DNA of 64,000 nucleotides. It comes from Methanobacteriota archaeon. GTDB lineage: Archaea; JAADCQ01; Methanopyri; Methanopyrales; Methanopyraceae. The notes under the pieces were generated by a model that saw only the letters and a program-made list of their open reading frames with translations, did not search any database and was not told the origin of the DNA. Below, piece after piece: positions 38,100-50,067 of the stretch (its first letter is position 1; every line of letters starts with the position of its first letter). The translations under genes were made by a program, and so were the position numbers. The DNA is taken from positions 96,001 to 160,000 of the forward strand of contig JAMOPO010000057.1 in the NCBI GenBank assembly GCA_027064425.1, written 5' to 3'.

Positions 38100-38661
38100 T
38101 GAGCCGATCCCTGAGCTCCCGGAGCCGCCGGATCTCCTCTTTTAACTCCTCCGCCAGCCTCTCCAGCCGCTCGCGCTCCTCCGTCGTGTCGACCTCCTGC
38201 AGCATCTCGCCGCAGTTAGGGCACCTGAACTCGTGCTCCATGGCCTCCTCGAAGCTCAGGGTGGGGCACTCGTCGTTGCCGCAGTGAAACACCGGATGGG
38301 ACATGTCGTTGTTGAGCGCCTGCTCCACGTCCTCCAGCTCCCGCTCCTTGACCTCGAGGCCCCGGCGGAGGACCTCCCGCAGGTCGAGGTTCCAGGAGTA
38401 AACGGGGTACCGGTAGTCCTCGCGCCGCTCCTTCCTGAAGGACACCACGCCGCGCTCGTGCAGCTTGTAGAGCACCTTCCGCACCTCCCGCGGGTCGACC
38501 CCCAGCTCGCCCGCGATCTCCTCGTCGATGGCCTCCCGCTTCAGGATGATGTCGACGGTTTTTTCAGCCACCTCCGGGTCTATCCCCTCCTCTTCCTCCA
38601 GCAGCGACAGGGTCACCTCTTTAATTACCTTCAAGTCCTTTTCAGTCAGGCTCGAGTGCAT
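38080..38661 (-). CDS. tfe: Transcription factor E (TFE alpha)
   Basis: DEEIA.ELG...VRKVLYKL wHTH; FHC....C..LSFEEAMEHEFRCPNCG Zn ribbon. Confidence 0.92.
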   Translation of the reverse strand: MHSSLTEKDLKVIKEVTLSLLEEEEGIDPEVAEKTVDIILKREAIDEEIAGELGVDPREVRKVLYKLHERGVVSFRKERREDYRYPVYSWNLDLREVLRRGLEVKERELEDVEQALNNDMSHPVFHCGNDECPTLSFEEAMEHEFRCPNCGEMLQEVDTTEERERLERLAEELKEEIRRLRELRDRLSGQGSD

Positions 38662-38678
38662 CGGAGTTACCCCGCCCC

Positions 38679-39362
38679 TCACAGGATGCGTTTCAGGCAT
38701 GTAATAAACTTGTGTAACCGTCTAAAGGTGTCGCGTCGGGGGTGCACTATCACGGCCGATCCTTCTCCCTCCGCTATGATTTCGGCGGCGCTCTCCGGGT
38801 CCTCATCGTCGACCGTGTACTGGTCAATCCCCACCCCCTCCACGTAGTCCACTCCGAGCTCGTCGAGAATACCCTTGATCCAATCCGGCGTCCGGACGCC
38901 GATCAGCATCTTCAGGCCGGCATCCCGGGCCGCCCGGCCGAACCCGTACACCACGGAGGGGTGCAGCTTCGGGCCCAGGTCCTCCTTCCAGCCTCGCCTC
39001 GGCACCTTCCCCTTGAAGAAGGCGGTGTGGAGGGCCCCGCACAGCGTCAGGTACTTCGCGCCCTCCACGAGCCGCAGCGCCTCGAAGACCGCCTCCCGAA
39101 TCTTCCCCTCCGGGATCCCCGTGGCCAGCGAGGTTCGGTGAATCCCTATGTACCCCGGGCTGAGGTGGAGCGCCAGCTCGTACCCCTCCTTACCCAGCCG
39201 GTCCACGTAGCGTACGTCCGGGTGGTACTTCTTCACGCTCCCCGCGATGGACCACACGATCTTCCCGCCCAGGTGCTCCACGCGCCGCCGCGCCAGCTCC
39301 ACCTCCGAGTCGGGAACCTCCTTCTTCGACGGGTGATCGATGAACACGAGGAACTCGCTCAG
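38679..39362 (-). CDS. Hypothetical protein
   Basis: Open frame between purL and tfe; probable CTG start at 39362 after GAGGGGGAG (ORF track uses GTG 39347); no confident family. Confidence 0.6.
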   Translation of the reverse strand: MSEFLVFIDHPSKKEVPDSEVELARRRVEHLGGKIVWSIAGSVKKYHPDVRYVDRLGKEGYELALHLSPGYIGIHRTSLATGIPEGKIREAVFEALRLVEGAKYLTLCGALHTAFFKGKVPRRGWKEDLGPKLHPSVVYGFGRAARDAGLKMLIGVRTPDWIKGILDELGVDYVEGVGIDQYTVDDEDPESAAEIIAEGEGSAVIVHPRRDTFRRLHKFITCLKRIL

Positions 39363-39374
39363 CGGCGCTCCCCC

Positions 39375-41549
<2,175 letters not shown>

Positions 41550-41556
41550 GGGGAGG

Positions 41557-41629
41557 CCCCCTCGGGGAGTGCGTAACGTCGTCACTCCCGGCCCCGAAGG
41601 TCGGCAGACAGCGGGCTCCTCATCGGGGG
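41557..41629 (-). ncRNA. C/D box methylation-guide sRNA (dual guide)
   Basis: C ATGAGGA (41623-41617), 12-nt guide GCCCGCTGTCTG, D' CCGA, spacer, C' GTGACGA, 13-nt guide CGTTACGCACTCC, D CCGA (41565-41562); C-run/G-run terminal stem; both guides complement recalled archaeal 23S H42-H44 sequence. Confidence 0.82.
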
Positions 41630-42507
41630 GATAAATCGACCGCGTACTCCCACAGCGGCCGGACCTCGAGCTCACCCTCCAGGGTTCGGGCGCACATCGG
41701 GCACGGGGTTAGCACCGGCTCCCCAGCCCGCCGGAGGGCGCGAACGGTGGCGGGGGACGGCTTGCCGACCAGCGCCCCTCCCCCGCAGCACCGGAGCCGC
41801 CGGGGCGGGACCCTGACCCCGGGGAGGGCGGACAGGACCTCGTCGTCCACCCCGTGCCGTAGGAGGTGGCAGGGGGACTTGTAGGTGGCCCCCTCGGGTA
41901 CGCCCTCGAACTCGGCGATGGCCGCGTAGTACAGCGGGCGCTCACCCAGCACCTCGACGCAGAAGTCGAGGCAGCCGGGGCAGAACACGACCACCGCGTC
42001 GTACTCATCGAAGAGCTCCCGCCACCGCTCCCGGACCCGCTCCGGCACCTCCTCCCCGCGCTTCCGGGCGAAGTTCAGGCAGCAGGGCTCCTCGCGGCCC
42101 AGCGTGGCCAGTCCCGCCCGCCGCACTAACCTCAGGGCTGACTCCAGCCACTCGCGGCGGCTCCGGATCGTGCAGCCGAGGACGGCGACGACGTCCCCGT
42201 CCAGGGGCTCCTCCTCGCCCTCCAGCTTTCGATCGTAAGGGGTGCCCCGGCTCAGGGCGCGCTTGACGGCTTCCGGCGTCGGCTCCTCCTCCCGGAGCTC
42301 GGCGAGGATCTCGGTGTGGGGGATCCCGTGCGGGCAGACCCGCTCGCAGAGTCCGCACAGCGTGCAGTCGGAGGCGAGCTCGAGCGCCTCCTCCACGCGA
42401 CCCGCGGCGGCTAGGGTGTTGAACCGGCGCCGGGGGACGTCCATCGGGCAGCGGGACTCGCAGGCCCCGCACCCGTCGCAGCGGGTGAGGGCGCGCTCGG
42501 GGTTCAC
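41620..42507 (-). CDS. Compact Fe-S/CCG-domain oxidoreductase (HdrD/GlpC-like)
   Basis: Two CxxCxxCxxxCP motifs, then LGC...PCC...CPGC and SPCH...CCGG...CPMC. Confidence 0.8.
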   Translation of the reverse strand: MNPERALTRCDGCGACESRCPMDVPRRRFNTLAAAGRVEEALELASDCTLCGLCERVCPHGIPHTEILAELREEEPTPEAVKRALSRGTPYDRKLEGEEEPLDGDVVAVLGCTIRSRREWLESALRLVRRAGLATLGREEPCCLNFARKRGEEVPERVRERWRELFDEYDAVVVFCPGCLDFCVEVLGERPLYYAAIAEFEGVPEGATYKSPCHLLRHGVDDEVLSALPGVRVPPRRLRCCGGGALVGKPSPATVRALRRAGEPVLTPCPMCARTLEGELEVRPLWEYAVDLSPR

Positions 42508-43958
42508 CCCTCAAACCCCTTCCAGACGGGGTGCGGGGTGACCTCCTCCAGGCCCCGCTTCTCCACGCGCTTGGCCGTCTCCAGGGCGAGCTCGGCCAGC
42601 TCGTCCGGCACCCAGCCCTTGTCCACGGCCTCCTCCAGCTCGTCCTCGTCGACGATCTCCCGCTCGTCCTCCTCGGGCTCGACCACGTCGACCTCCAGGT
42701 CCACGTAGCGCGCACCGTCCTTGGTGATCTCGACGGGCGTGTTGATGTTGTAGTACCGGCCCTTGAGCTCGCCGTCCTTGCTGTAGTACTCGTGCACGAT
42801 GACCATGGAGCCGTCCGGGATCAGGGTGATCGCGTAGTCACCCTCCTCGATGGGCTTGTTCAGGCCGTCGTAGTACCCCGGACCCTTCATCCGCCGCCGG
42901 ACCTTGAGCAGGCCCTCCTTCGGGTCGTACTCCTCCACCTCCGGGTCGCCACCGAGCTTCTTCACCCCACGCCCGGGCTTGACGTGGTAGATGTCGATGC
43001 GGTCGCCCTCGGAGGGCCCCTCGGACTTGGCCAGGCACTCGATCAGGCGCTCGGCGACGGACTCCTCGTCCAGGTCCTCGAGGAAGGGCTCGACGGTGTC
43101 CACGGCGACGCTCGCGGCGAGGCTGCGGCACTTGAAGTAGTGGTGCCCGGTGATGGTCGGGAGGACGCGGGATCGGACGGTGTCGAGGTGGTGCTTGGCG
43201 AGGGCGTGGAGCTCGACCTCGGCCTCGCGGTACTCGATGATGGGCCCGGGCTCGTCCATCTCCTCGGCGCGCTTGAACAGCTCCTTCCGCTCCTCGATCA
43301 GCCGCTCGACCTCCTCGGCCAGCTCGTCCCCGGAGCGCCCCTCCGCGGCGGTGCGCCAGATCAGGCCCCACCCCTCGGGCACGAGGGCCTCGCCCAGCCG
43401 GATGAGCCGCTCCCGCTCCTTCTCGTCCTCGATCTTCCGGCTCACCTTGACCCCCTCGACGGGGACGAGGACGGCGTACTCGCCGGCCACGGAGACCTCG
43501 GTGGTCAGCCTGAGCGGCCCGTCGGATACGGACTCGGAGACCTGGACGACGACCTCCTCCCCCTCCTCCACCACCTCGGACTCCTCCTCGCTGAGGAACC
43601 CTCGGAGGCCGGACCCCAGGTCGACGACGGCCACGCCCGCCCGGTCGTCGATCTCCTCGACCACGCCCTTGAACACGCTGCCCTCGCCGACGCGCTCGGT
43701 CGTGATCGTGGCGAGCGTCTCCCGTTGGAGGAGCCTCAGGAACTCCTCGACCGCCTCCCGCTCCCCGTGCACCTGGATCCCGTGCCGGTTCCGGGTGTCG
43801 CGGACGTCCACGTCCGGGGAGCCGTCCTCGAACTCCTCGTCCGGGAAGCGCTCGAGGATGTCGTCGGAGGGCTGGGTGACCCTGAACCCGTAGTCCAGGC
43901 ACAGTCGGGTCAGGGCCGTGGAGTATATCCCGCGGATCCTGACCCGGTAGTCGCTCAT
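42504..43958 (-). CDS. fau-1: RNA-binding protein/ribonuclease FAU-1
   Basis: [13 protein letters not shown]1 domain, RNase E/G-like [22 protein letters not shown]402 YYNINTPVE...YVDLEVDVV. Confidence 0.92.
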   Translation of the reverse strand: MSDYRVRIRGIYSTALTRLCLDYGFRVTQPSDDILERFPDEEFEDGSPDVDVRDTRNRHGIQVHGEREAVEEFLRLLQRETLATITTERVGEGSVFKGVVEEIDDRAGVAVVDLGSGLRGFLSEEESEVVEEGEEVVVQVSESVSDGPLRLTTEVSVAGEYAVLVPVEGVKVSRKIEDEKERERLIRLGEALVPEGWGLIWRTAAEGRSGDELAEEVERLIEERKELFKRAEEMDEPGPIIEYREAEVELHALAKHHLDTVRSRVLPTITGHHYFKCRSLAASVAVDTVEPFLEDLDEESVAERLIECLAKSEGPSEGDRIDIYHVKPGRGVKKLGGDPEVEEYDPKEGLLKVRRRMKGPGYYDGLNKPIEEGDYAITLIPDGSMVIVHEYYSKDGELKGRYYNINTPVEITKDGARYVDLEVDVVEPEEDEREIVDEDELEEAVDKGWVPDELAELALETAKRVEKRGLEEVTPHPVWKGFEG

Positions 43959-43985
43959 CCGGGGACACCCCTGGGGGGCGTCGCG

Positions 43986-44285
43986 TTGGCCGACGCCGGC
44001 GTGCTGGAGGAGGTGTTCGAGGTGATCCGGCGCCGGATCGAGGAGCGGCCCGAGGGTTCCTACGTGGCCGAGCTGACGAGCGACGACGGCAAGCCCGCGT
44101 TGAACAAGATCTGCGAGAAGATCATCGAGGAAGCCGGCGAGCTGGTCCTGGCCGCTAAGGACGGTGACCGGGAGGGCGTGGTTTATGAATCCACCGACCT
44201 GATCTTCCACACGATGGTGCTGCTGGCCTACATGGGCATCGAGCTAGGGGAGGTGTTCGATGAGTTCGAGCGAAGGAGGCGGTGA
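43986..44285 (+). CDS. hisE: Phosphoribosyl-ATP pyrophosphatase
   Basis: [30 protein letters not shown]; TTG start. Confidence 0.93.
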   Translation: MADAGVLEEVFEVIRRRIEERPEGSYVAELTSDDGKPALNKICEKIIEEAGELVLAAKDGDREGVVYESTDLIFHTMVLLAYMGIELGEVFDEFERRRR

Positions 44286-44598
44286 GGAGCTGGAGCCTCC
44301 GGTACCCGAGGACGCGAAGTACGCGTACTACGTCGTCCTGTTCCAGAACCCGGAGGACGGGAACTGGGACCTGTTCGCAGTCATCCGCGGGTACCCTGGG
44401 CTCAAGGAGCCGTACGCCATCGCCGTGCACCTGGCCAAGACGGTGGAGGAAGCCCTTAAGGAGGTGGACGAGGACCTGAGCGTGGAGCTGCAGGTCGTGC
44501 CCGTGGGCGGCGAGTCCGGGGTGCCCGAGTCGGAAACCGTCAAGCTGCTCGAGGCCGTGGACGAGCTGCTTGAGGAGGCGAGCAGGCGGCGAGGATGA
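44260..44598 (+). CDS. Small acidic hypothetical protein
   Basis: 112-aa ORF with typical codon bias; GGAGGTG SD. Confidence 0.65.
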   Translation: MSSSEGGGEELEPPVPEDAKYAYYVVLFQNPEDGNWDLFAVIRGYPGLKEPYAIAVHLAKTVEEALKEVDEDLSVELQVVPVGGESGVPESETVKLLEAVDELLEEASRRRG

Positions 44599-44650
44599 CG
44601 AGTTCTGAGGACGGTGACCATCCCGGGATGATCGGTGCGGGCGAGGCCGA
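44595..44650 (+). ncRNA. Candidate C/D box sRNA (degenerate boxes)
   Basis: ATGACGA - 12 nt - GTGA - 10 nt - ATGATCG - 12 nt - CCGA fills the gap between a stop codon and the ATG at 44652; target not identified. Confidence 0.35.
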
Positions 44651-44651
44651 C

Positions 44652-46007
44652 ATGACGACCCGGGTAATCGTCGTCGGGGCGGGCCCGGCCGGCCTGTTCG
44701 CCGCCCGCGAGGTCGCCCTACGCGCGGAGAGGGACGTCGAGGTGATCATCTTCGAGCAGGGTCCGGACGTGGACGAGCGGTTGGAGAAGGGCGAGGTCAT
44801 GCGCGGGGTGGGCGGGGCGGGCGGCCTCTCCGACGGCGTGCTCAACCTGCGCCCGGACGTCGGCGGCGACCTGGTCGAGATCGTGGGTAACCGGCGCGAG
44901 GCCGAGCGGCTGGTCGAGTACGTGGACGAGGTCTTCCTGAAGCACGGCGCCCCGAAGGACCTGCGCGAGCCCAAGGGACCCAAGGCCGAGGAGATCGCCC
45001 GCCGGGCCGCCGCCGCGAACGTCGAGTTCGTCCGGATCCCGCAGCGGCACATCGGCTCGGACAACCTGCCCAAGGTGATCAAGTCCTTCGTCCGGGAGCT
45101 TGAGGACCTCGGCGTCCAGATCGTCACCAAGACGCGCGTCGAGCGGATCCTGGCCTCGGGCGAGGAGGTGCGGGGCGTCCGGCTCGAGGACGGTCGGGAG
45201 GTGGAGGCGGACTACGTGATCGTCGCGCCCGGCCGGGTCGGCGCCGACTGGATGATCCGCGAGGCCAAGCGGCTGGGCCTCGGCATCCGCTACAACCCGA
45301 TCGACGTGGGCGTCCGCGTGGAGGTTCCGAAGGTCGTGATGGATCCGATCATCGAAATCTCCCTGGACCCCAAGTTCCGCATGCGCACGCCCACGTACGA
45401 CGACCAGGTCCGCACCTTCTGCGTCTGCCACGGTGGGTACGTGGTCAAGGAGAAATACGAGGGCTTCGTGGGCGTGAACGGGCACTCGTACCGGAAGAAG
45501 AAGTCCGAGAACACGAACTTCGCCTTCCTCGTGAGCATCGACCTGACCGAGCCCGTCGAGAACACGATCAAGTACGGCCGGTCCATCGGCGAGCTCGCGA
45601 CCACCATCGGCGGTAACCGGCCCATCCTGCAGCGCCTGGGTGACCTGCGGCGCGGTCGACGCTCCACCTGGGAGCGGATCAACCGGTCCCAGGTCACGCC
45701 CACCCTGACGGACGTGACCCCGGGCGACGTGTCCATGGCCCTACCGCACCGGGTCACGCTCGACATCATCGAGGGCCTAGAGATGCTTGACGAGGTGATC
45801 CCGGGCGTGGCCTCCGACTCCACCCTGCTCTACGCGCCGGAGATCAAGTTCTACTCCGCCCGTGTGAAGACGAACGAGGAGCTCGAGACGGCGGTCGAGG
45901 GGCTCTTCGTGGCCGGGGACGGGGCCGGCCTCTCCCGGGACATCGTCAACGCGGCCGCCACCGGCGTCATCGCCGGAAGGGCCGTCGCCGAGCGCGTGGG
46001 GGGATGA
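44652..46007 (+). CDS. NAD(P)/FAD-dependent oxidoreductase (COG2509-like)
   Basis: GAGPAG, GVGGAGGLSDG, RHIGSD, VRTFC, VNGHS, NTNFAFL, LYAPEIKFYS, GDGAG. Confidence 0.9.
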   Translation: MTTRVIVVGAGPAGLFAAREVALRAERDVEVIIFEQGPDVDERLEKGEVMRGVGGAGGLSDGVLNLRPDVGGDLVEIVGNRREAERLVEYVDEVFLKHGAPKDLREPKGPKAEEIARRAAAANVEFVRIPQRHIGSDNLPKVIKSFVRELEDLGVQIVTKTRVERILASGEEVRGVRLEDGREVEADYVIVAPGRVGADWMIREAKRLGLGIRYNPIDVGVRVEVPKVVMDPIIEISLDPKFRMRTPTYDDQVRTFCVCHGGYVVKEKYEGFVGVNGHSYRKKKSENTNFAFLVSIDLTEPVENTIKYGRSIGELATTIGGNRPILQRLGDLRRGRRSTWERINRSQVTPTLTDVTPGDVSMALPHRVTLDIIEGLEMLDEVIPGVASDSTLLYAPEIKFYSARVKTNEELETAVEGLFVAGDGAGLSRDIVNAAATGVIAGRAVAERVGG

Positions 46008-46933
46008 GCGTGCTCACCGCGGTGACGAAGCTCCTGCTGCTCGCCCCCCTGGCCCACCCCTCCGGCTGCTGCACGGTCCTGGTCCACGTGAAGGACGACC
46101 ACTACGTGCTCTCCTACCGCCGGGACGCCCGCTCGCCGGCGGAGGTCATCATCGAGCGCACCAACTGGGCCGGGCGACCGGCGCTCAAGGAGTACAAGGA
46201 GAACTCAGGCGGCTACTTCTGCCACACCGTCATCACGGAGGACGGCTGGATCGTCACCATCGGGGGCCGCGACTGCCCGGAGCTCAACCGGGAGCTCGAG
46301 CGACTCGGGCAGCGGATCGCTGAGCGCGGGAGGGTGGCCAAGGAGGATATCCAGCGGGCCGAGAGGATCCTCCGGGAGAACCAGTGGGGTCACTTCGTGG
46401 TCAAGGCGCCGGACGGGACGGTCGGCGTCGCCGTGTACGACTACCGGGTCTCGGCCGGCCGGACCGAGCTGTTCAAGCTGAAGGAGGGAGAGTACGTCAA
46501 GGTGACCAACAACCCGCGGTTCTACGACGTGGGTCGGTTCAGGGAGTACGACCCCGACCCGGTCACGGCCGCGATCAAGGTCGCGGGCAGGGACACGTAC
46601 GGGATCCACCGGCGGGACGTGATCACTTACTACATCAGCCCGAGGAAGCGCGGCGCCAGCGTCCGCGTGTGGGCCTCTTACGACGGCGGCGCCATGGTCG
46701 GCGGAGCGCCGGGCGCCCCGGATCCGGTGAACTTCCTGGGCAAGCGCGTGCCCGCCGACAAGCTTCCGACGATCCCGAAGCGGCTGGAGCTGGGCACGGT
46801 CACGCTGGAGCGGGAGCGCCCGACCGCCCACCGCCACGGGTCCCGGTGGCCGATGGCGGCGGCGCTCATCGCGGCCGGGGTCCTGGGGGTGGGGCTCGGA
46901 ATGACCGTGCTCAGGCGGCGTAAACTATTTTAA
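46004..46933 (+). CDS. Exported, C-terminally anchored protein with GCC(T)...RRD domain (Ntn-hydrolase-like)
   Basis: Signal-like N-terminus, then GCCTVLVHV...SYRRD, GYFCH..IT.DGW...GG.D, GHF..KAPDG; C-terminal TM + RRRK. Confidence 0.65.
   Translation: MSVLTAVTKLLLLAPLAHPSGCCTVLVHVKDDHYVLSYRRDARSPAEVIIERTNWAGRPALKEYKENSGGYFCHTVITEDGWIVTIGGRDCPELNRELERLGQRIAERGRVAKEDIQRAERILRENQWGHFVVKAPDGTVGVAVYDYRVSAGRTELFKLKEGEYVKVTNNPRFYDVGRFREYDPDPVTAAIKVAGRDTYGIHRRDVITYYISPRKRGASVRVWASYDGGAMVGGAPGAPDPVNFLGKRVPADKLPTIPKRLELGTVTLERERPTAHRHGSRWPMAAALIAAGVLGVGLGMTVLRRRKLF
46921..46933 (+). promoter_or_regulatory. Probable BRE/TATA for the tRNA gene
   Basis: TAAACTATTTTAA about 30-40 nt upstream of the mature tRNA 5' end. 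Confidence 0.55.
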
Positions 46934-46964
46934 CGCCCCGGTCCCGGCCGGCACCGGAGAGGAA

Positions 46965-47041
46965 GGGCCCGCAGCTCAGCCTGGTAGAGCGCGGCCCTTG
47001 CGAGGCCGTGGCCCCGGGTTCAAATCCCGGCGGGTCCACCA
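46965..47041 (+). tRNA. trnA: tRNA-Ala(UGC), intronless, CCA encoded, genomic C at position 8
   Basis: Cloverleaf GGGCCCG/CGGGTCC (G3:U70), GCTC/GAGC, CGGCC-CTTGCGA-GGCCG, CCGGG-TTCAAAT-CCCGG, ACCA. Confidence 0.97.
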
Positions 47042-47043
47042 AG

Positions 47044-47074
47044 CCGCGAATCGTTACAGAGTTCAAAACGTTCC
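47044..47074 (+). repeat. Copy 1 of a dispersed ~30-bp motif CCGCGRATCGTTAC-N4-TTCAAAACRTTC
   Basis: Matches 58926-58955. Confidence 0.6.
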
Positions 47075-47088
47075 AAGGGGTGTCCGAC

Positions 47089-48117
47089 GTGCGCAGGCTC
47101 CTTCCGCCCGTGGTGGCGGTCGCGGTGGCGCTCCTGGCGGTCGTCGGGGCGGGCACGGTCGCCTTCAACCCCGCGGACAAGGTCCGCGAGTTCGACCCCA
47201 ACCGCGCGCTGAACTTCGCCAAACAGGTCTGCAAGCTGGGTCCCAGGTACGGTGGCAACGACGCCGAGCTGAAGGCCGCGGACATGATGGAGCGGGAGCT
47301 CAGGAAGTACGGGCTGAACGTATGGAAGGAGAAGGTGGACCTTGGCGGCGGTAAGCACACGTACAACGTGATCGCGGAGATCAAGGGCACGAGGGAGCCG
47401 GACAAGTACGTGATCGTGGGCTCGCACATCGACTCGCCGGGCTTCTGCGAGGGCGCCACCGACGACGCGGCGGCCATGGGCATCCAGGTGGAGATGGCCC
47501 GGGTCCTGGCCAAGAACTTCCGGCCGAAGAAGACGGTCCTGATCATCGGGTTCGGCGGCGAGGAGCTCTGGTTCAAGGGCTCGGAGGCGTTCGTGAAGAA
47601 GCACCCGGACATCGTGAAGAACTGCGTGGCCATGATCGACCTGAACTGCGTGGGAGCCGGTGAGAACGTGTTCCTGACGAGGCGCAGCGCCAAGCCCAGC
47701 CCGGTCGAGGGAGACCCGAACCTGATCCGCACGCTCGAGCGGTGCGCGAGGGAGCTGGGGCACCCGGTGACCGTGGGTGACACGACCTACCCGAGCGACA
47801 CGTACCCGTTCTACCACAACAAGATCCGGCGCGTACCGGTGTGCCAGGTGATGAACCAGCCGTTCAAGGTCCCGCCGTGGAGCGGCTCCAACACGGCCGA
47901 CAAGCTGGATCCGAAGGACATGGAGAAGACGGGTGAGACCGTGACCCTGGCCGTGGTGAAGCTGTCGAACGCGGAGCCCGCCGCGAAGCCGCTGTGGGAG
48001 GAGCAGCGCGAGCGGCAGCGGGCGCAGCAGCGGGGCTGGTTCACGCCCGTGTGGTGGGCGGTGGCGCTCGCGGGCCCGCTGATCCTGGCGATCGCGCGCC
48101 GGGGGCTGGCCCGATGA
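47089..48117 (+). CDS. Exported M28-family peptidase-like protein with C-terminal TM anchor
   Basis: Signal peptide, YNVIAEIKG, GSHIDS, GATDD, GEE, SD.YPF; hydrophobic tail + RR. Confidence 0.85.
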   Translation: MRRLLPPVVAVAVALLAVVGAGTVAFNPADKVREFDPNRALNFAKQVCKLGPRYGGNDAELKAADMMERELRKYGLNVWKEKVDLGGGKHTYNVIAEIKGTREPDKYVIVGSHIDSPGFCEGATDDAAAMGIQVEMARVLAKNFRPKKTVLIIGFGGEELWFKGSEAFVKKHPDIVKNCVAMIDLNCVGAGENVFLTRRSAKPSPVEGDPNLIRTLERCARELGHPVTVGDTTYPSDTYPFYHNKIRRVPVCQVMNQPFKVPPWSGSNTADKLDPKDMEKTGETVTLAVVKLSNAEPAAKPLWEEQRERQRAQQRGWFTPVWWAVALAGPLILAIARRGLAR

Positions 48118-48656
48118 GGGCGCTGCTCATCATCGACATGATCCGGGACTTCGTGGAGGAGGGAGCCCCGCTGGAGGTGCCCGGGGCGCGCGACCTCGTC
48201 CCCACCATCGCCCGACTGGCGGGAGCGTTCCGGGACGCGGGCGAGCTCGTGGTTCACGTGTGGGACGAGCACTACCCGGGCGACCCGGAGTTCGAGGTGT
48301 GGGGCGAGCACGCGGTCGCGGGGACGGAGGGCGCCGAGCCGGTCGAGGGGCTGGAGCCGGAGGAGGGCGACCTGGTCGTTAAGAAGCGGAAGTACAGCGG
48401 GTTCTACGGCACGACGCTGGACTACGACCTCCGGGTCCGCGGCGTGAAGGAGCTGTACCTGACCGGCGTCTGCACGGACGTCTGCGTGCTGTTCACCTGC
48501 GCGGACGCGCTCATGAGGGGCTATGACGTTAAGGTGGTGAAGGACTGCGTGGCCTCCCTGGACGAGGAGGCGCACGAGTTCGCCCTCGAGCACATGGAAC
48601 GGCTGGGCGCGGAGCTCGTCACCTCGGAGGAGGTGCTGCGGGGGCTGGAGGGGTGA
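48114..48656 (+). CDS. Isochorismatase/nicotinamidase-family cysteine hydrolase
   Basis: [32 protein letters not shown]. Confidence 0.92.
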   Translation: MRALLIIDMIRDFVEEGAPLEVPGARDLVPTIARLAGAFRDAGELVVHVWDEHYPGDPEFEVWGEHAVAGTEGAEPVEGLEPEEGDLVVKKRKYSGFYGTTLDYDLRVRGVKELYLTGVCTDVCVLFTCADALMRGYDVKVVKDCVASLDEEAHEFALEHMERLGAELVTSEEVLRGLEG

Positions 48657-50014
48657 CCCGGATCCTGGCACTCGTGGACGGTGAGCACTACATCCCCGTC
48701 ACCCGGGCCGCCCTGAAGACCGTGGAGGAGGAGCTGGGCGAGCTGGTCGGGGCCGTGTTCATCGGCGGCACCGAGAAGATCGGCGAGCCGGAGGACGTCA
48801 AGCGGGAGCTGGGCGTTAAGGTGTGGCTGCCCGACGGGGACGGGATCCCGCTGGACCTGATCGAGGAGGTCGTGGAGCGCGAGCGCGTGGACGTGGTGCT
48901 GGACCTCAGCGACGAGCCCGTGGTCACCCCGGACGACCGGTTCAGGATCGCGGCCGCCGTCCTGTCCGCGGGCGCGGAGTACTGGTGCTCGGACCTCAAG
49001 CTCAAGCCCGTGGAGATGCACGACGTGCTCGAGAAGCCCTCGATGAGGATCATCGGCACCGGCAAGCGCGTGGGCAAGACGGCCGTCTCCGCCTACTCCT
49101 GCCGCGTCCTGCACGCCCGCGGCTACAACCCGTGCGTGGTCGTGATGGGTCGGGGTGGGCCCAAGGAGCCGGAGGTGGTGCGCGGCGACGAGATCGAGCT
49201 GACCCCGGAGTACCTCCTGAAGGAGGCGGAGAAGGGCAAGCACGCGGCCAGCGACCACTGGGAGGACGCCCTGCTCAGTCGGATCCCGACCGTGGGTTGC
49301 CGGCGCTGCGCGGGCGGCCTCGCGGGCCGGACGTTCATCGACAACGTGCTGAAGGGCGCCGAGATCGCCAACGACCTACCGGCGGACTTCGTCGTGGTGG
49401 AGGGCAGCGGCGCCGCCATCCCACCGATCGAGACGGACTCGGGCATCATCATCGTGGGCGCGAACCAGCCGCTGCGTCACGTGACCGGGTACCTGGGTCC
49501 GTACCGGATCCGACTGTGCGACCTGGCGATCATCACGATGTGCGAGGAGCCGATGGCGGACGAGGAGAAGGTGCGCCGCGTGGAGCGCGAGGTGCGCCGG
49601 GTGAAGGACGACCTGGAGGTGGTCCTGTCGGTCTTCCGGCCCAAGCCCACCGAGGACGTCTCGGGCAAGAAGGTCGTGTTCGTAACCACCGCGCCCGAGG
49701 AGGTGGTGCCCAAGCTCGTCGACCACCTCGAGACCGAGTACGGGTGCGAGGTCGTGGGCACGTCGCCCCACCTGAGCAACCGGCCGAAGCTGCGTGAGGA
49801 CCTGGAGAAGTACGTGGACGAGGCGGAGGTGCTGCTCACGGAGCTGAAGGCCGCGGCCGTGGACGTGGCCACGCGCGAGGCGCTCCGGGCCGGGCTGGAC
49901 GTGGTCTACGTGGACAACGTGCCGGTGGCCGTCGGTGGCGACTACGACCACGTGGGCGACGCGGTCGAGAGCGCGGCGGAGCTGGCGATCGACCGGTTCG
50001 AGGGCGGCTCCTAA
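48653..50014 (+). CDS. cpgS: Cyclic 2,3-diphosphoglycerate synthetase
   Basis: [61 protein letters not shown]. Confidence 0.93.
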   Translation: MTRILALVDGEHYIPVTRAALKTVEEELGELVGAVFIGGTEKIGEPEDVKRELGVKVWLPDGDGIPLDLIEEVVERERVDVVLDLSDEPVVTPDDRFRIAAAVLSAGAEYWCSDLKLKPVEMHDVLEKPSMRIIGTGKRVGKTAVSAYSCRVLHARGYNPCVVVMGRGGPKEPEVVRGDEIELTPEYLLKEAEKGKHAASDHWEDALLSRIPTVGCRRCAGGLAGRTFIDNVLKGAEIANDLPADFVVVEGSGAAIPPIETDSGIIIVGANQPLRHVTGYLGPYRIRLCDLAIITMCEEPMADEEKVRRVEREVRRVKDDLEVVLSVFRPKPTEDVSGKKVVFVTTAPEEVVPKLVDHLETEYGCEVVGTSPHLSNRPKLREDLEKYVDEAEVLLTELKAAAVDVATREALRAGLDVVYVDNVPVAVGGDYDHVGDAVESAAELAIDRFEGGS

Positions 50015-50067
50015 GCGCCCGCCCTCTCGCCCACCGTAGTTCATTTGCAGGAAACTAAATCGGGCGG

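Noticed and set aside
42531-43985. Apparent 584-aa HisE fusion
   Set aside because: Only the last ~99 aa are HisE (SD + TTG at 43986); the rest is antisense to FAU-1
47008-47088. N-terminal extension of the M28 ORF
   Set aside because: Overlaps the tRNA; SD and signal peptide indicate a start at 47089
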